A DNA stretch of 64,000 bases from Candidatus Thalassarchaeum sp. Its GTDB lineage: Archaea > Thermoplasmatota > Poseidoniia > Poseidoniales > Thalassarchaeaceae. The notes beneath the pieces are model-generated. The model had not been told where the DNA came from. It saw only the letters and a list, made by a program, of their open reading frames with translations, and ran no database searches. Below, piece by piece: positions 60,911-64,000 of this stretch (positions within the stretch are counted from its first letter, which is position 1; each line of letters starts with the position of its first letter). The stretch covers positions 40,401 through 104,400 of the forward strand of contig JAKUOA010000001.1 of assembly GCA_022451235.1 (NCBI GenBank), given 5' to 3'. The position numbers and the translations under genes are program-made.

Positions 60911-61774
60911 TCAAGGTTCGGCAGTTGGGTTCCAACCAGAAACATAGGCTTCTTCTAATTGATTAAACGCAGATTCTGTACCGTTAATATCTACTTTCAA
61001 ACTTGCAAGATTCTCATCTATTCTACTGGGATTACTAGATTTAGGAATGGTAATTGCACCAGTATCGTAAACCCATTTAATTGCGGCTTGGGCTGGTGTG
61101 CATCCTAGTGATTTTGCTATCTTTGTGAGATTACCACATTCCACTTTGTGACCTCTTGCCAACGGTGAGTAAGCCATTACATTGGCCCCAATGGCTTCTG
61201 TTGCTGCACGGAGCGCAGGTCGCTGATTCCAAGGATGCAATTCCACCTGATTGACGGCAGGTAAAATGGTGGCATAAGCTCGCATATCATCTAGATGATG
61301 AGCGCCATAATTACTTACTCCAATCGATCTAGTCCATCCACGAGCGAGGCATTCTTCCATTCCTCTCCAAACCTCTGCTCTAGCGTCGATATCTTCAGGT
61401 GGAGCATGAACGAGATATAGGTCAATAGAATCCATGCCAAGCATATCTAGACTGCTTCGACAGTGCTCTAAAGCTGCTTCATAACTCGTCGCATGTGGTC
61501 TTCGTAGTTTAGTTACGACAAAAATCTCCTCTCTTGCAACCCCGCTATCTCGAATAGCCGCTCCCGTCTCGGTTTCGTTTGCGTAAGATCTTGCAGTATC
61601 GATTAGTCGATATCCATTGTTGATTGCGTGCTTAACAGCGCTACGGCATTCGCCCCCTTCGGACATTTGCCAAACTCCTAGACCAAACCTAGGCATTTGC
61701 ACTTCATGCTCGCGATGGCCTGTGGCTGTATTGGTATGTCCAATGGTAATGTAGTCAAAGTCGCCAGCGCTCAT
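60911..61774 (-). CDS. Aldo-keto reductase (2,5-diketo-D-gluconate reductase-like)
   Basis: PRFGLGVWQM, GYRLIDTARSYANE, FVVTKL, DLYLVHAP, IGVSNY and IPKSSNPSRIDEN. A later start at MPRFGLG is possible. Confidence 0.9.
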   Translation of the reverse strand: MSAGDFDYITIGHTNTATGHREHEVQMPRFGLGVWQMSEGGECRSAVKHAINNGYRLIDTARSYANETETGAAIRDSGVAREEIFVVTKLRRPHATSYEAALEHCRSSLDMLGMDSIDLYLVHAPPEDIDARAEVWRGMEECLARGWTRSIGVSNYGAHHLDDMRAYATILPAVNQVELHPWNQRPALRAATEAIGANVMAYSPLARGHKVECGNLTKIAKSLGCTPAQAAIKWVYDTGAITIPKSSNPSRIDENLASLKVDINGTESAFNQLEEAYVSGWNPTAEP

Positions 61775-61860
61775 GTTCTTTCCTGAGAGATGCTTGACTT
61801 GAGTTTGCCGAGAGGCTACGCTCAGGGCTGGATTGAAGCGGTCAACCCCCTCGTTGAGTC

Positions 61861-63372
61861 ATGGGTGAGTTGCCAGAGGGGGTTGAATTACCCTCGGCCG
61901 AGGTCGCAAAACCACGACCTTCGGCTGCAGCAGTAATCAGTAGAAATTCAGGAGAAAACATGGAAATCCTACTCTGTCATAGAGTATCTGAAGTCCCTAG
62001 TTTCCCCGATTTTTGGGCATTTCCCGGCGGTGGGATTAGTAGGGTTGATCGAAAGGTAGCGGAATCCAACCCCTCTTGGTTTTCTGAAAGAGAAGATCGT
62101 GAGTGGTTAATCGCACTATTGAGAGAAATGTTGGAAGAAGTAGGTGTTGTACCCGATGGTAATGGGGATTTTGTGAATGTTGAAATTGAAATTATCGATC
62201 GAGTCAATGAAAATAAATCAGAATGGTCGAAACTAGTTTTTGAAAATAAATTATCAATTGACAATTTCAACCCTGTACAAATTACACAAAGAACTACTCC
62301 ACCGGTTGCACCAATTCGCCATAGGAATCGATTCTATCATGTCGATACTGGAAATAATCTAATTAAACCAAAATTACCTACAGGTCGTTCTGAATTTGAT
62401 GAATTTCAATGGTGGAAGCCAGCCGAACTGCTTCACGCCTGGCTTTCTCACAAAGTAAAGCTACCACCCCCTCAAGTCACACTTATTCGTGACATAGTTG
62501 AGTTAGGATTCTCTGAATTAGCCAAAAACCCTCCAAGCGGGTATCATAGAATCGAATATGCAAATGGTGTGGAACTAGTACCAATACCAACTGACACACT
62601 TCCTCCAGCAACCCATACAGATTGCTATGTTTTAGGCCACCCTGGCGGAAGTAGAATCATTGTCGACCCAGCTGCTAGGTCGATTGAGGCCTTGGAAATA
62701 CTAAGCAAAAAGGTGGCTGAAATAGAGAATTCTGGAAGTAAAATAATTGCTACTGTATTTACTCACAAACATCCCGACCACATAGGAGATTTATCAGAGA
62801 TTTCCAAGATTTACCAAGCACCAATTTTTGCCAGTGAAGAAACTCTTTCCGTTTTACCAAAATGCGAAACCGATAGGACTCTTAGCGAGGGAGATATTAT
62901 CGAGATTGATGATGAAACTTGGAGCGTTATCGAAACACATGGTCATTGTCCTGGACACATTTGCTTGGTTGGGGAAGCAGGTATTGTAAGTGGAGATAAC
63001 GCTGTACTATTCGGCACAATTCTAGTTCCATCTTCAGATGGAGACATGAATGAGTATCTTGCAGGATTAGAACGTCTGAGAGACTTGGATCCACCTCTTC
63101 TATTCCCAGGTCATGGACCCATGGTTGCAAATCCAAAGAGATTATTGACACGTTATTTGAATCATCGTAAAGAACGTCATTTGAGAGTATTAAATGCTGT
63201 GAAATCAAGTGACGGAAGTCTTGATTCGATTACCCGTGAAGCATACGCAGATACTCCAGATGCTCATCCAAATCTTGCCATGGATCAAACCTATTCACAC
63301 TTACTTGCACTTGAGGAAAGTGGAAACATTCGTCAAGAAGATGGAATATGGAATTTTGTTAAGGTGAAATGA
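61861..63372 (+). CDS. Nudix hydrolase / MBL-fold metallo-hydrolase fusion protein
   Basis: Nudix box FPGGGISRVD...REMLEEVGV in the N-terminal half. MBL motif THKHPDHIGD, then HGHCPGH and GHGP in the C-terminal half. Confidence 0.85.
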   Translation: MGELPEGVELPSAEVAKPRPSAAAVISRNSGENMEILLCHRVSEVPSFPDFWAFPGGGISRVDRKVAESNPSWFSEREDREWLIALLREMLEEVGVVPDGNGDFVNVEIEIIDRVNENKSEWSKLVFENKLSIDNFNPVQITQRTTPPVAPIRHRNRFYHVDTGNNLIKPKLPTGRSEFDEFQWWKPAELLHAWLSHKVKLPPPQVTLIRDIVELGFSELAKNPPSGYHRIEYANGVELVPIPTDTLPPATHTDCYVLGHPGGSRIIVDPAARSIEALEILSKKVAEIENSGSKIIATVFTHKHPDHIGDLSEISKIYQAPIFASEETLSVLPKCETDRTLSEGDIIEIDDETWSVIETHGHCPGHICLVGEAGIVSGDNAVLFGTILVPSSDGDMNEYLAGLERLRDLDPPLLFPGHGPMVANPKRLLTRYLNHRKERHLRVLNAVKSSDGSLDSITREAYADTPDAHPNLAMDQTYSHLLALEESGNIRQEDGIWNFVKVK

Positions 63373-63373
63373 A

Positions 63374-64000
63374 ATGCAGTCGGAATTGTGGCAGGAAATT
63401 CCAGAATTTGACGGAGCAGATGTTGAACAGAAATGGATTGAGGGAAATACGGGATACAATCTAAGAGTCCTACATTGGACTCCAAAAAATGAAGATTGTA
63501 AACACGCTAGAACTCTCGTAATGGTGCCAGGTTGGAATTCTGTACCTGAGGGATGGTTTCCGATTCTATCTGAGTGGGTTAAGCTGAGACCCGTTGTTTA
63601 CATAGAAACTCGAGAAAAAGGAAGTTGTCAAATTGATAAAACAATTTCTAAGGAGTCCTTCCTAATTCAAAATATAGCATCCGATTTGCCAATAATTTTG
63701 GAAAAGATAGGCCTTGATCCGTCAAAATGTGACGCCATGGGTTCATCATTAGGTGCCACATTATTACTTGAGGGGCTCAGAGAAGAAATGCTAGTTTTTC
63801 GAAGTATAGTTGTTTTATCTCCAAACCTAGCATTCACCCCCCCTATTTGGGCTAGACCTCTAATTCCTGCACCATTATTTCTGTACAATGCTTTGGTTAA
63901 ATTTGTAATTTGGTATCTGGATAAGCGTTTGAAGGAAGAGGGCCAAAGAATTCGTTATCGACGTACTCTATTAGCCGCGCCAATCGATAGACTAAGGCTT
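63374..64000 (+). CDS. Alpha/beta hydrolase, 3-prime truncated by the window edge
   Basis: ATG 63374 lies 1 nt after the upstream stop. I translated the frame by hand and it is open to nt 64000 (MQSELWQEIPEFDG...VMVPGWNS...AMGSSLGATLL). GSSLG is the GxSxG nucleophile elbow. It is absent from the ORF track because it has no stop. Confidence 0.7.
   Translation, partial: MQSELWQEIPEFDGADVEQKWIEGNTGYNLRVLHWTPKNEDCKHARTLVMVPGWNSVPEGWFPILSEWVKLRPVVYIETREKGSCQIDKTISKESFLIQNIASDLPIILEKIGLDPSKCDAMGSSLGATLLLEGLREEMLVFRSIVVLSPNLAFTPPIWARPLIPAPLFLYNALVKFVIWYLDKRLKEEGQRIRYRRTLLAAPIDRLRL

Noticed and set aside
60735-60947. A plus-strand 70-aa ORF between tRNA-Gln and the aldo-keto reductase.
   Set aside because: It overlaps the AKR 3-prime end on the opposite strand and has a featureless Ser/Ile/Ala-rich translation. 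The minus-strand 59-aa ORF is better placed (9 nt after the AKR stop) and has a clear TM helix.

Overview
The window is a gene-dense archaeal chromosomal segment of about 50 protein genes and 2 tRNAs. I saw no rRNA, CRISPR array, transposase or integrase. Archaeal origin is supported by several features:
- the alternative shikimate entry enzymes (ADH synthase plus type II 3-dehydroquinate synthase) and a GHMP-type shikimate kinase
- a PGF-CTERM sorting signal
- an HTH_10 (Bat-type) regulator
- a Gar1-like protein
- two-subunit 2-oxoacid:ferredoxin oxidoreductase
The acidic secreted proteome, giant adhesin, multiple subtilases and a bacterial-type gpsA suggest an uncultured marine euryarchaeote such as Marine Group II. 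That placement is inference only.

Content in order:
- two membrane-anchored S8 proteases
- a molybdenum-hydroxylase cluster (mocA, xdhC, regulator, and 2Fe-2S / Mo / FAD subunits)
- a MoxR-DUF58 cluster
- a shikimate operon
- acyltransferase and xth
- a MacB-type ABC block with a very acidic EF-hand surface protein
- tRNA-Leu and gpsA
- a putative iron-acquisition locus
- a Gar1-RanBP2 zinc finger-RGG protein
- ahcY
- a 2161-aa FG-GAP surface protein
- aconitase, a membrane cyclophilin and OFOR alpha/beta
- tRNA-Gln, an aldo-keto reductase, a Nudix-MBL fusion and a truncated alpha/beta hydrolase

The most interesting signal is at 32.4-40.1 kb. Two proteins there carry true transferrin signatures. 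One is bilobal and sits in the phnD position of a phnCE-type ABC importer. The other is monolobal and retains all four iron ligands. They are flanked by a ferritin-like gene and an unknown lipoprotein. Four copies of a 16-bp palindrome (TTTAGG-N4-CCTAAA) lie at the promoters.

All homology calls come from motif recognition by eye and from memory. No searches were run.
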